NCBI GenBank assembly: GCA_977017575.1
Contig: CDRNVI010000045.1
Coordinates: 62,001 to 126,000 of the forward strand
DNA: 64,000 nucleotides
Source of the DNA: Paramoeba atlantica
Lineage: Eukaryota > Protista > Discosea
Direction: 5' to 3'
The notes below the pieces were generated by a model that searched no databases, was not told the origin of the DNA, and saw nothing but the letters and a program-made list of their open reading frames with translations. A program made the position numbers and the translations under genes. Shown here piece by piece: positions 11,869 through 22,914 of this stretch. Each line of letters opens with the position of its first letter. Position 1 is the first letter of the stretch.

Positions 11869-13821
11869 TTATGACGTTGGTTCTTGCTCCTGTGAGTCGT
11901 CGCTCGTTCCACCTGCTACATAAACTGTCACAGAGGAAAATATCTCAGAGCCTTTCTTGAGCATCTTATGAAAAGAAAGTCCCGCCTTATTGTCAGCAGG
12001 TATAAAGCAAAGGACTTCGTCCCCGTACGCTACATTTTTATATTTCCCATTTACTGACTCAACCTCTTTCTGTACCACAGGTTCCTCTATATTTTGGTTC
12101 ATTTTTTCACTAGTGCTTGCAATTTCTGTATCTTGGTCTACAGCTCTTCTGCTGACGACCTGCTTCGGCACCTGTTGGTGTTCATCGCTCTTCTCTCCTA
12201 TTTCTTGAGATTCTTGAGAATTAGGCATTTCATTATCATGCAGACTTTTATTCAGAGCTTGTCCGGTCGGATCATGGAAGGATGCGCGAATAATTCGTTC
12301 TCCTGCTTTTTTGTCTCCCGAATCGACAGATTTTCTGTCATATGCTGAAGAACGCCTATGTTTTTCTTCCGTCTTCGTCACCATACACAAAGCTTCATCA
12401 CCGTACAGGAAGTCGCTGTTATCTTTCCCTGTTGATCTAGATGGCTTTTTTGGTCTTAAATTCTCCTCGATGGGTTCGAGCAACTGCGTCGCCGTTTTTT
12501 CCGCAATACGTTTTGATGAGTTCTGGCGTCGGTTTTCAATGGAATGCGGCCACACAGGCTCTGAACGATACTTCCAAATTTCATATGAGCACTCCAGTGC
12601 TGAAGCGGACATCGCGCAAAGTGCCTCTTCGAAATTTGACGGAATCAGTCGTTTCAAGTGAGCGCAGGCTTCACTGGCAATTCCACGAGCACCGATTTCA
12701 AAGCAAAAAAGTTCACAATGTTTTCCCGTTTTCTTCTCTAAAAGCTTGCAAGCGGTTTGATATTTCAGGTGTTTGCTTGCGTGCATAAGCGGCAGTCGCA
12801 GTTCCCATGGACACGTAGCCTCCAGAATCGCCCGCGACCCGTCCTTGAATACAACATATCCGTCGGGGCGTAACCCGTTACACACACGTTTCAGCTCTGC
12901 GGGGATATATCCGTAATTCGGAAGATCCAACCAAAGAGTATTCAAACAGGAACTCTCACGTATTTGTTTGCCCAATAAACTTAGTACGGAGTTGTGTCGG
13001 TATGTGTATCGATCTTGATTCAGGGCTACTTTGCAGCGATTTAATATGTGCCGTAAGGTAGCAGGTTCTTTGAGGCATAGTTCACATTGGGGGTAACGAG
13101 GCCCTGCCTTTTCAAGATGGATCCTCGACGTATCCCCGATTTGGGTAACTTCCTGTCCTATCTTTTGGTTTGATTTTGTATCCAACCTGCTGTTTGGAGC
13201 ATCAGATATTATTTTGCTGGAGGCAGCGCGCAACTTTTTAACTGTCTTTTCAGCATCTAAGTGAATTTTCTCTTGAGAATGCATTACAGGAGATAACGCT
13301 TCATTGGCCCACTCTGCAACATTAAACGGTACACGATCAAGCGCTTTTCTGAAAGCTTTAACCGACATATGGTTTTCATCAATCGGTTGAGTATCCCACA
13401 CCTCCTTAGGGTACCACGAGTAGTACGCAGCAAGTTTTTGGACTTGTTTGTTTTTTGAAATATTTTCCGTAGTTTTTTCAGGGGAACATTTTTGCTTAGC
13501 GGTTGCTGGATTAGGAGCGTCTTCCATTGAAGGTATTGCTTTGAGTTCTTTAAGTTTGATACCATCTTTGTTGGTATGAAATGCCGGATTCTTCGGTGTC
13601 ACGTCTCGCTTGTTTATATAATCAATCGTATTTATCACGCGAGAGTTCTCAGTAAGATGTCTTTCCAGTTGAATGCGATGATTCACAGCTCTGATTTCCG
13701 ACTCCACGGTGTCTTTACACTCTGGTGAGGAAGAAAATAAGTACGTGCTATATTCCTTTGACGATGCAAGGATGATTCGCACTGAGGATAGGAAACATAG
13801 ACGAGGTGTTGCGCGCTGCAT
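11869..13821 (-). CDS. stand-alone CCHC + restriction-like endonuclease (RLE) protein, no RT
   Basis: CELCLKEPATLRHILNRC, RYTYRHNSVL, LRPDG, ILEATCPWE, HASKHLKY, CFEIGARG; aligns with the RLE at 37678-38523; uninterrupted 650-aa ORF with no YADD/RT motifs. Confidence 0.85.
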   Translation of the reverse strand: MQRATPRLCFLSSVRIILASSKEYSTYLFSSSPECKDTVESEIRAVNHRIQLERHLTENSRVINTIDYINKRDVTPKNPAFHTNKDGIKLKELKAIPSMEDAPNPATAKQKCSPEKTTENISKNKQVQKLAAYYSWYPKEVWDTQPIDENHMSVKAFRKALDRVPFNVAEWANEALSPVMHSQEKIHLDAEKTVKKLRAASSKIISDAPNSRLDTKSNQKIGQEVTQIGDTSRIHLEKAGPRYPQCELCLKEPATLRHILNRCKVALNQDRYTYRHNSVLSLLGKQIRESSCLNTLWLDLPNYGYIPAELKRVCNGLRPDGYVVFKDGSRAILEATCPWELRLPLMHASKHLKYQTACKLLEKKTGKHCELFCFEIGARGIASEACAHLKRLIPSNFEEALCAMSASALECSYEIWKYRSEPVWPHSIENRRQNSSKRIAEKTATQLLEPIEENLRPKKPSRSTGKDNSDFLYGDEALCMVTKTEEKHRRSSAYDRKSVDSGDKKAGERIIRASFHDPTGQALNKSLHDNEMPNSQESQEIGEKSDEHQQVPKQVVSRRAVDQDTEIASTSEKMNQNIEEPVVQKEVESVNGKYKNVAYGDEVLCFIPADNKAGLSFHKMLKKGSEIFSSVTVYVAGGTSDDSQEQEPTS

Positions 13822-14663
13822 ATATAAAAAGAGCTTTCAGTAGGGGGTCAAAATAGTCGGTTTCAGAGGAGTAGGATAGAAATTGTTTCCAGCACGACCT
13901 TCCACCGAGGTCCCTAAAACGATTTATAGATAGTTTATAGTGTTTCAAGAAAATTTATAGTACTATAAACCTCGTTTATAGTACTATAGACACTATATAG
14001 TACTATAAAAACTACTAGTATATGGTGTTTATCCGTGTTCCATGCCCAGGAAGGCACGAGGTAGACAGATCGGTCAGTGGACCCAGAGGAATTTCGCGGG
14101 GTAGGAGAGAGCCGATGGAGGTGTAGAGGCTTAGAGGGCAGGATTAGATGTCACGTGTATGTTGATGAGTGTGACACAAGTGCTTCCCATAATGATCTTT
14201 CCTTGTACCGTGCAAACCGCACTATATTTCTCCTACAACGAGTTCCCGTTAGATCACTCGTTAGACCCTTGATGTGGCGCATTCAATGACAAGGTAAAAA
14301 AAATAAACACATCGCAGAGCCTGCAAGATTCATAATCTTTTAAAGAAATTTGAAGAATCACTTACCTCTATTTCGCATTTACAAATTACAAATTTACTTC
14401 GGTAGGAAAAGCGACCTAAGAAAAAAGGCGTCTGGGCTGGAACATATCTGACATTAAAGTAGGTCTACTTCCCCATCGACTTCAACAAAGTATGAAAAAA
14501 TGATTTTAGCTTGACCACGACGCTTGTTGGGCATAATGATGAGAAAAATAGTGAGAAATCTTTTAAGGAAACGGGAGTGAAAAAAGAAATTGCGTCGATT
14601 CGTCATTTCAAGCAATACTTTCAGAAAAAACCTTACTAAGAAAAATACTAAAAAAATAGTTTT

Positions 14664-16345
14664 GGGTAACCGGCACTATAAAATATGTAGGCTAAAAATT
14701 ATTTTTTTCTCATGATTTTTTTTGTCAAAAAAAACCTTTTGTTGACTTTATAAAACTTTTCTGTTTACACTTAAGACATTTCAACTTATTTTTCAATGCT
14801 TGGAGTACCCAATGGACTGTCCGGGATGTACTACGTTGGCCTGCTTGGTATTGGTGACCTCGATAATGCAGATAATTGAGGAGAACTTATTCCGCTGGCT
14901 GCGAAGTCATTGTTTTGGGGAAAATACTCCGTGTATTAGGTGTGGAGAGCGGCCTCGCAAAAGGCAATGCTTCAAGAAGCTTTCGGACGGGACAGATTGT
15001 CGTAAGAAAATCCCCTAATTTGGACCGTTGTTTCCTGAGAAATGTCGAATAGTGACTAAATTTCGTGTTTAGCTATTACTGGCACAGGGTAACCTAACTG
15101 AAAGCGTTGCGATTCAGACTCTTCGATGTGAACGGCAAGTGCGTGCCGATCTTCAAGGAATTAAAAAGGTGTTGAGTTTGCTACCTTCACCTACAACAAC
15201 GATGAAATATCTCATGGTGGATGAGACTTACATTGGTAATCGGTTGCATAACCGCGGAAAACGTACCAGAAAGGAAAGATTTTGGTTAATGACAGCCACA
15301 GATGTTAATCCAAGTACCGGGAAGTCGATGCAGATCTACTGGGAAGCTACAACAACACGTACGAAAGTTAATTTGCACGCCTTCGTTCAAAAAATGATCG
15401 AAGGAACAAATTCTACCGTAATTACAGATGACGGCGATCATACCGTGGTATTGGTGCCTTCTGCCGGCATTTCACTATTTGTCATGCTGATGAGTTCGTC
15501 CGGGAACACTCTCCTGGCATGAGTGTGCATACGAACAATGCAGAATCGTCTCACTCAGCCGTTAAGGGTTATTGTAGGCGATTTTTTCACAAGCGGGGAG
15601 CAACCATGGAGCAATGCGAATCGCGGGCAAGATTTATTAGTGAAGTTTCCTTTAAAATCCCTTTACGAAACCGTTTCCAAAAATTAATGAAAACCTTGAT
15701 TCGTAATTCAAGTACTGTGCCCCCCCTCCGTTTATAATAGCCGCGCTTTTGCCCAAACGAACCTATAAAGGGGGAGGGCGATTGAAGATTAAGAGTTGGC
15801 ACAGAAATTGCCCAACATTTGGGAGCGAGGAACCAGGAACTATGCCAGGAAAAAATAGACTAGTGCGAGTGAGTCTGTTAACGAATCAGAGATACCTACG
15901 ACAAGATTGGGTAAGGCCGTTGCTGAACACATTCGCTTGATTCGTAGGTATGGGGTAGTCGAAGATGGTGACCACAAGTATCAGGTTTAAGGTGAAACTG
16001 ATCGTTATTACACTGTGCACATTGGTCTACAAGGCTGCAAGTGTACTTGTCCAGACGGTCGCCGAGGTAATCGGTGTAAGCACCAATATTTTGTGCTAAT
16101 GCGGGAGCTACAAGTGGATGAAACTCACCCAGTACTGGAAAAGTGTCAATTTTCTCCAGGTGACTTGGTAAAGTCAGGATAATTAGGATTTATGTGTATG
16201 TACGAATACAGAGGAAAGAGTCAGAATAAGTCTGTAAAGCTATAAATATGTCTTCAAATGTCTTAAAAACGTTTTCCAGATTTTTGTTGGGCCAATTTTG
16301 TTTTTCTTTTCTGTTTTCAACCTACATTTATCGTGCCGGTGAACC
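14664..16345 (+). mobile_element. Merlin (IS1595-like) transposon, degenerate, with internal cargo
   Basis: Imperfect TIRs GGGTAACCGGCACTATA.. and ..TATCGTGCCGGTGAACC; 8-bp TSD ATAGTTTT at 14656-14663 and 16346-16353; frameshifted transposase with VDETYIG, ITD, HTNNAES. Confidence 0.85.
15859..16182 (+). pseudogene. SWIM zinc-finger (ZSWIM2/MEKK1-type) fragment
   Basis: RLGKAVAEHIRLIRR...YQV*GETDRYYTVHIGLQGCKCTCPDGRRGNRCKHQYFVLMRELQV; one in-frame TAA at 15988. Confidence 0.7.
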
Positions 16346-16357
16346 ATAGTTTTTATG

Positions 16358-16715
16358 CAGTGGTGATCAGCATCTTTTACCCCTCCCCCTTACAGGTCTT
16401 GTATTTTGTCCGATTTTGGAAATATTTCGTATACCACCGTTTTTCGACCCAATCGTTCCGAATCCGAGGCCCTTTTCACTCGAGCGACCCCCTACCCCCC
16501 CTATCCAGGTAGGGGTCAAAAAAGCTAATTACAACAAAAATCGACTTTTTTGCGGTTTTTCCCCAGTTTACGTATGATACAGGTGCCCACGAGTGAAAAG
16601 GACCTCGGATTCGGAACGATTGGGTCGAAAAACAGTCCCATCCAAAACATTTCCAAAATCGAACAAAATGCAAGACCTGTAGGGGGGGGGGGGTAAAAGA
16701 GGCTGCACACTACTG
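16358..16715. mobile_element. foldback MITE with ~125-bp inverted arms
   Basis: 16375-16426 pairs with 16645-16698; 16441-16482 pairs with 16590-16631; ends CAGTG.. and ..ACTG|TA. Confidence 0.75.
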
Positions 16716-16724
16716 TAAGTATAT

Positions 16725-17647
16725 TGCGGTGGTTGTAAAACTACCGCTCTACACTCGATTATTGAAAAAAAAGTGAACAAAAACAGTGAAAATATAAAGA
16801 GGAACATAGTAATAAAATAGAAGAAAAAAATATAAAAGGGGGCTCCGGTGGACCAAAACTGAAAAAAAAAATTTGAAAAAAATGGGGGACCATGGGGGGG
16901 GTCCAGGGGGGGGGTCCAGGGGGGGGGTCCAGGGGGGGGTCCAGGGGGCGGGGGGCATGGTCGAGCAAATTTTTTCGAAAAAATTAGTTTTCGAAAAAAA
17001 ACCGCAGAAAGGGTAGCCGGGGTCTTGGCGCGCATTTTCCACCCCCCTACCCGGGGGTGACCCCTCCGCGTATCCGCAGGACGGGTCCGCCAAGTTCGGA
17101 TTTTTTCGGAAAAAAAAATTTGAAAAAAATTTCAGCTTGGCGAAAAAAATGGCAAAAAAAATATTTTTCCAAAATCGTTTCCCCTATTGTATTTTGATAG
17201 TTTGGGACCTACACTAGCTTTCTCCGCAGTTGTTTTCGCAAGGTATCCCTTCTTCTAACGGTGGTGCGCCCCTCAAAATGACCCATTTTTGACTAAAAAA
17301 GGTGAAAAAGTATTTTTCGGACCTAAAGGGGCATTTTTGTGTCGAAAGAATGGTATGGTTGGAGTCGTATTCTCTACCCAATACGTTCGGTAGGCTTCCA
17401 TTCATGCCTACGAGTGATTTCCCACGCGCAAATGTCGGATTTAGTGCTCTGAGAGCAAAAATACGCGAAAATCACCCCATTTTTACCCGAAATTCGGCTA
17501 TTTTTGGCTATAATCTTTCCGTTTTCCAGGCTAAATTTTCTTTTTAGGCTCTTCGTTAAACGCGGCGGTAGTTTTCAACTCGAAGCGCGCAGATTGAGTG
17601 ACTTCTAAGTTGAAAACAACCACCGCGTTTAACGAAGAGCCTAAAAA
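16725..17647. repeat. family A repeat (~920 bp, hairpin-ended), longest copy
   Basis: Near-identical partial copies at 19003-19348 and 22915-23605; internal (G7-8TCCA)n array; terminal 40-bp-arm palindrome at 17541-17647. Confidence 0.85.
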
Positions 17648-19002
17648 AGAAAATAGAAAGCGTAACTGGATGAAACAAACACACGAATCTAGAGTAATTA
17701 GTAAAATTTATGAGTGGATAGCATGAGGAATGGCAAAGAAAGTAAACCCACCCCAAAAGAAAAAACGTTAACCAAAGGTTTACGCCAACCCTTTCTTCTA
17801 TTGCACTCAAAGTTTTCTACTCCATTATGCAGTAAAATCTCCTTCGTATTTCTTCTTCCGAAAATTTTCTACAAATGCACCCTGGTCTCACACCCCAGCC
17901 TTCTCGACGCATGAGTAAAACCGTGCTGCCGGGGAGATCACTCGGTTGTGGGAGCGGGCCCCTTAAGTGGGAAGCGACTGGGCTGCGAAATGAACCGAAA
18001 ATATTTTTTTTTCGGAAATCGTAGTGCCAGGCCAGCCAAGGCGTGTTTACTACGCCGAGATAATGGGGAGTTGCTGTTCCCCTGAACATGATACCATGGA
18101 CAGGGCATAGCAACTCCCTCAATCTCCCCGCAATGCATCTAGCGCTGCTTTCGGCACTCCAGCAAGGTCTTTTGGTGAAATAATGGTTACTATTTTTTTT
18201 CTGCGACGTAAAATATTTTTTTTCGGTGTAAATATTTTGGTTTTATTGGTTTCTTATGCTTTCAGATATTGCCTCACATATTTTACAGAAATATTAAATT
18301 ATCGTGCAAGTTGCTTCTTTGGGACACCGTCCTCGAACCTCAGGCGCAATAATGTCTTATCTATAGGGGGCATCCCCCCCTTTGGGGGACGGTACTTGGA
18401 TTTTACCATGAAAGTTTAGAAAAAAAATATTTCTGAAACTGATTTTTTTACAAGTTTTAAATGAAGCTAAAAACCCCGGGAACGTGCAGATCTCAAAATT
18501 GTGGACGATAAAGTGGTGCTGCAACCCCCATGGGTCCCCGCACGCAAAAAATAAAGGGGGGTGCTTTATTCGTGTCGAGGGGTTTATAGGGGTGGGGTCA
18601 TACCTTTCGAATGGGACAAAAGAACTACAAGTGTAGCGCCCAAGGAACAGAGCGCGCAAGTTATCAGGCACACATAAAAATGTATCTGTAAGATCAGTGA
18701 ACGGAAAGGAAATTAATAAAGGAAGATAATTGAAAAAAAAGGTATAGTAGAGCCTTAGAAAGCAAAATGGAGAATTAAGGGACGGTTAATCACGGGACAC
18801 TTTGTCCTGATGGGGGTGTCCCTTAATTAACCCGTCCCGTAATAAAGCCACGCACTGTAAAAAGAACAATATTAGATATTGTTGTACACAAGAATCAGTC
18901 CCGTTTTTTGTGTTTTGGAGATCAAGATCGTATCAGAAGACCGTCGTACACATAGAATCATCATTAAATGCAAATAGTTGTACTACTAGTCATACCCTGA
19001 CA

Positions 19003-19552
19003 GTTGCGGTGGTTGTAAAACTACCGCTCTACACTCGATTATTGAAAAAAAAGTGAACAAAAACAGTGAAAATATAAAGAGGAACACAGTAATATAATAG
19101 AAGAAAAAAATATAAAACGGGGCTCCGGGGGACCAAAACTGAAAAAAAAAAATTGAAAAAAATGGGGGGTCCAGGGGGGGTCCAGGGGGGGGGTCCAGGG
19201 GGGGGGGCCAGGGGGGGGTCCAGGGGAGGGGGTCATGGTCGAGCAAATTTTTTTGAAAAAATTAGTTTTCGAAAAAAAACCGCAGAAAGGGTAGCCGGGG
19301 TCTTGGCGCGCATTTTCCACCCCCCTACCCGGGGGTGACCCCCCCGCGAGGAAGGGAGTGTAGTTAATTAACAGTTAATGAATTAACTGTAATTAACTTT
19401 TTTAGGCTCTTCGTTAAACGCGGCGGTAGTTTTCAACTCGAAGCGCGCAGCATGAGTGACTTCTAAGTTGAAAACAACCACCGCGTTTAACGAAGACCCT
19501 AAAAAAGTTAATGACAGTTAATTCATTAACTGTTAATTAACTACACTCCCTT
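19003..19552. repeat. family A partial copy followed by a ~200-bp palindrome
   Basis: 19003-19348 matches 16725-17070; 19352-19552 is an inverted repeat with ~85-bp arms around the 27-nt spacer. Confidence 0.85.
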
Positions 19553-20059
19553 TCATTAATAATGATAATTGAAAAAAGATTTTCACCTCGGACTGTGAAA
19601 ATTACTCAAAGATTATCAAAAAGGTTTCATTCTATCGTAACTCCTCCGTGTCAGCTCGAGGTTTTTTCTGTGATCTCTTTAATCTTGTCTTGTTTTTTCT
19701 CCTTCTACGATAATGATAATCTCAGAAAAATTATTATTATCATTATCATTATCCTTGATTAAGTTCCAAAAATTGACAGACTACAGCTGTTTCAAAGTTT
19801 GGGCAATATTTTTGAGCTCCTTAGCTAACTTCCAGAAATATCTTTTTTTTTGAAACGCATTTCACTCGCCGACGGCATATCAAATGAACGAAAAAAAGGT
19901 ACGATTTTCTCGGCCATGAAAAACTGGCCAGCTGGCCACCTCCTGAAACAATTTTGAGCTGGTCACTTCCTGGAAAAATGGCCAGATGGCTATCAAAAAA
20001 TGCAGTTTGCATTTCGTATACGTAAGATGAATCGCGACGTCCAAAAAAAGTCGCAAGCC

Positions 20060-20282
20060 GGCCACCTCCTGCATGAAAGGCCAGCTGGCCACTTTTTCAA
20101 AGGGTGGCCAGCTGGCCACTTTTCCAAGGGGTGGCCAGCTGGCCACTTTTTCAAGGGGTGGCCAGCCGGCCACTTTTTCAAAGGGTAGCCAGCTGGCCAA
20201 TTTTTCAGGGGGTGGCCAGGTGGCCACTTTTTCAAGGGGGTGGTCAGCTGGCCACTTTTTCAAGGGGTAGCCAGCTGGCCAG
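20060..20282. repeat. 27-bp minisatellite, about 8 units
   Basis: Unit GCCAGCTGGCCACTTTTTCAAGGGGTG, containing palindrome TGGCCAGCTGGCCA; scattered half-units at 19915-19990. Confidence 0.9.
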
Positions 20283-20624
20283 ATCTTCCAGATGGTATGT
20301 TACGTAGAGACAAACACAAGAGAAATCCCTCAAAAGAGTCAAGAGAAACCCCCACTTAAGAGTCCACAACACCTGAATTACGTCAAAAACCTTTGTTCCT
20401 TATTGGATTTACGTATTATTTTTCTTTTCTGTAAACAGATCTTCTGTATTAGTAAACGGCGTTTTCCCCAAGCAACGAAGTGGGGGCTAGGAGTGTGTAG
20501 CGGAGGAGAGAGAAGTGGAGAGCACACATTCTGATTTCGATGTTTTTGCTCATTGTCGGAGCGTCGAGATTTTGAGGGGTTTCTCTTGTGTTTGTCTCTA
20601 CGTAACATACCATCTGGAAGATCT
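20281..20624. repeat. 55-bp inverted repeat pair (MITE-like)
   Basis: 20281-20335 is the reverse complement of 20570-20624 with one mismatch. Confidence 0.85.
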
Positions 20625-21045
20625 GTTTCCAATAAGGTACAAAGCTTTTAGAGGTAATCCTCTTAGCCTCCACTTCTCCCTCTCTCTCCCGCCGCACACT
20701 CCTAGCCTTCACTTCTCCCTCTCTCCCCCGCTACACTCTCCTAGCCTCCACTTCTTGGCTCTTATCCAGAGCGACGAGCCGACCCCCGGCATACCGTTGA
20801 TTTTTCTCTCCCTATATGGTTGGTGAAAATTGTGCGCATGAAGCATGTGGCCTATTATTATGACCCTTATTATGTTTCGGTATGGGTTACTCATAAAATA
20901 TCAGATATACAATGATGAAATGTCGGACGACAGCTAAAATATGATGCATTAGATTTCTTGGATATTATCATATTCCCGCGACAAAATATCTGATCTCGAG
21001 GTTAATGCCGCGTTAGCGAACGCTCTTTGCGGAGAATTCTCGAAT

Positions 21046-22063
21046 GTGGGCAAATATTCACTACTAAAAATTACTAATAAGTCTCTCTGGGTCCCGGTAT
21101 ATCAAGCGATGCACGGAAAATGGCCAGAACAACTGAACTTCCCTACTGCTATGATGGAGGGAATAGGTTTGAATATCTCAGAAGGGGATATGCTCAAAGT
21201 GTGTGAAGCAATGGAGAATGGTTCCTACGGAAGTAACAAAATTTCAGGGGAATTGCTTCTGAAGATTGCAACCATCGTTCAAGATCGTAAAATGGTAATG
21301 GAGGAGATGGATGCTTCTGTAAAAGGAAAAATTCTAATAGAAAAAGAAACAAAGACTATGGAGAAAGAATGGAAGAGTCTTTTGAACGAACTGATGGGCT
21401 CGCAGTCATCCCCTTGCCTCTCCAAGCTTTTCTTGCAATGCATTAGGGCGAACAAAGGAAACATTGAAGATCCAGTGGAACGTGAGGTACGAGATCGAGT
21501 GACACGCGTCCTTAAGAAAGGTGAAAGATGCCTTTTGCAGGAAATCATTAATTCAGGTCAAGGTGAACTCCCACAAAAATGGAAACAAGGTGCCTTGGGA
21601 CAGTTAGTGTGGGAACTATTGACCAAGGTTGCCACTGTGGTGCTTACACGGTTGGCCCGTGATCGTGGAGCGCAGCTCGACTTAGAAAGTGAGCTGCACC
21701 AATCCTTGGTGAATGGCGACGATGCTGCCGCAGTTGTGCGCTCGGCAATTGACAATAGCAGCAAGATTGCTGCTGCTGCCCAGCGACTGCGAGCCGTAGC
21801 TGAGCAGAGCACAACACGGTTTAATCGCTCTGAAAAATCCTACCGAGCTGTGGGGGGGAATCAAGCTCATGTTAAAAGGAGTAAAATGTCCGAGTCACGA
21901 ACTCTTAAAAAAGGGAAAATGTTACAATGGCGCCCAAGAAGGTCACTTTGCCTCGGCATGCAAGAACAAGACTTTCTGCTACGACTGTGGAGGGCAAGTG
22001 GGCCACAAGAGCTCCGATCCAGAGTGCCCAACAGAGAAAAAGTCAAAAACTGTTTCATTCTGA
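21046..22063 (+). mobile_element. gag-like ORF with C-terminal zinc knuckles (+1 shift at an A6 run near 21907)
   Basis: Helical ORF continues in the +1 frame as KCYNGAQEGHFASAC..CYDCGGQVGHKSSDPEC; antisense to the host genes. Confidence 0.6.
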
Positions 22064-22914
22064 AAACTAAAACAAGCACATAAATACAGAAATAAATAAT
22101 TCATCTCATCATAGACTGCATAAAAACAATATTTCTGGATACGGGACGTTTTATAAGTGGATTTTCTCCGGAATTCAATTTCGTATAAAGCTCTAAAATT
22201 AGGCTAAATAAGTTGGTGGTAGTGACCATTATGGTTGTTTGCCGGGGAAGCACATATATGTACATACGTGTACATGGATGTATACGAAGCAAGTACAAAC
22301 AAATCCCACAATCTCCGGAAAAGCTCACAAGAAAATTTTAGCAAATACTTTTCAAGAACGGGCCTCCGTTGCGTTACACCTTGCTTTGCACTATAGTCAA
22401 GCTTCGGTTGAACAATATTGAATAAAATGAATAGAGCTTCATAGTATGATTTGATCATCATAATGAATATTTGAATAACTTTACTACAATACTATACTAC
22501 TATATCACATGCACATGCATCAGGATGAAAGATTACACAAGATTAAAAGTGATGCAAATGTCAATGCAGGTCATGTTGCTAAGTATTTTTCTCAAGGGTA
22601 GAAACGCGTCTCATTAATTATTTTTTCTATTTCCTGTCAGTAAATTATATGCTGAAAAAAATAAAACTTTCTGACCTTCGCGAGAGTATTGCCTGTTCAA
22701 GTCAAGAAATTGATAGGAACAACGATCTCGCTGATGCGACAGTAAAAAGGTCTACGGCCCTAGAACGCGATCGGGACTGGAAGTACCTTCTGTCTGCTCT
22801 ACAAGTTGAGGAAACAAGTGAAATTCACATGGATGTGTTTCTTGATGCTATGAGGTACTTAGCGCAAGTATAGCCCCTCCCGCATTAATACAGTATATGA
22901 AACAGTATATAGCC

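Noticed and set aside
15988-15990. Stop-codon reassignment (in-frame TAA in the SWIM and RRM ORFs)
   Set aside because: Long conserved genes contain no in-frame stops and end at standard stops; these two are best read as pseudogenes.
16568-17093. Pro/Phe-rich ORFs in family A (and at 18986-19320)
   Set aside because: Translations of G-tract and T-tract repeats.
18987-19025. Helitron 3' end (hairpin + CTAG) for family A
   Set aside because: The CTAG is present only in this copy and is absent at the equivalent position of the 16725 copy.
20060-20282. CRISPR-like array
   Set aside because: Units are directly tandem with no unique spacers, there are no cas genes, and the context is eukaryotic.
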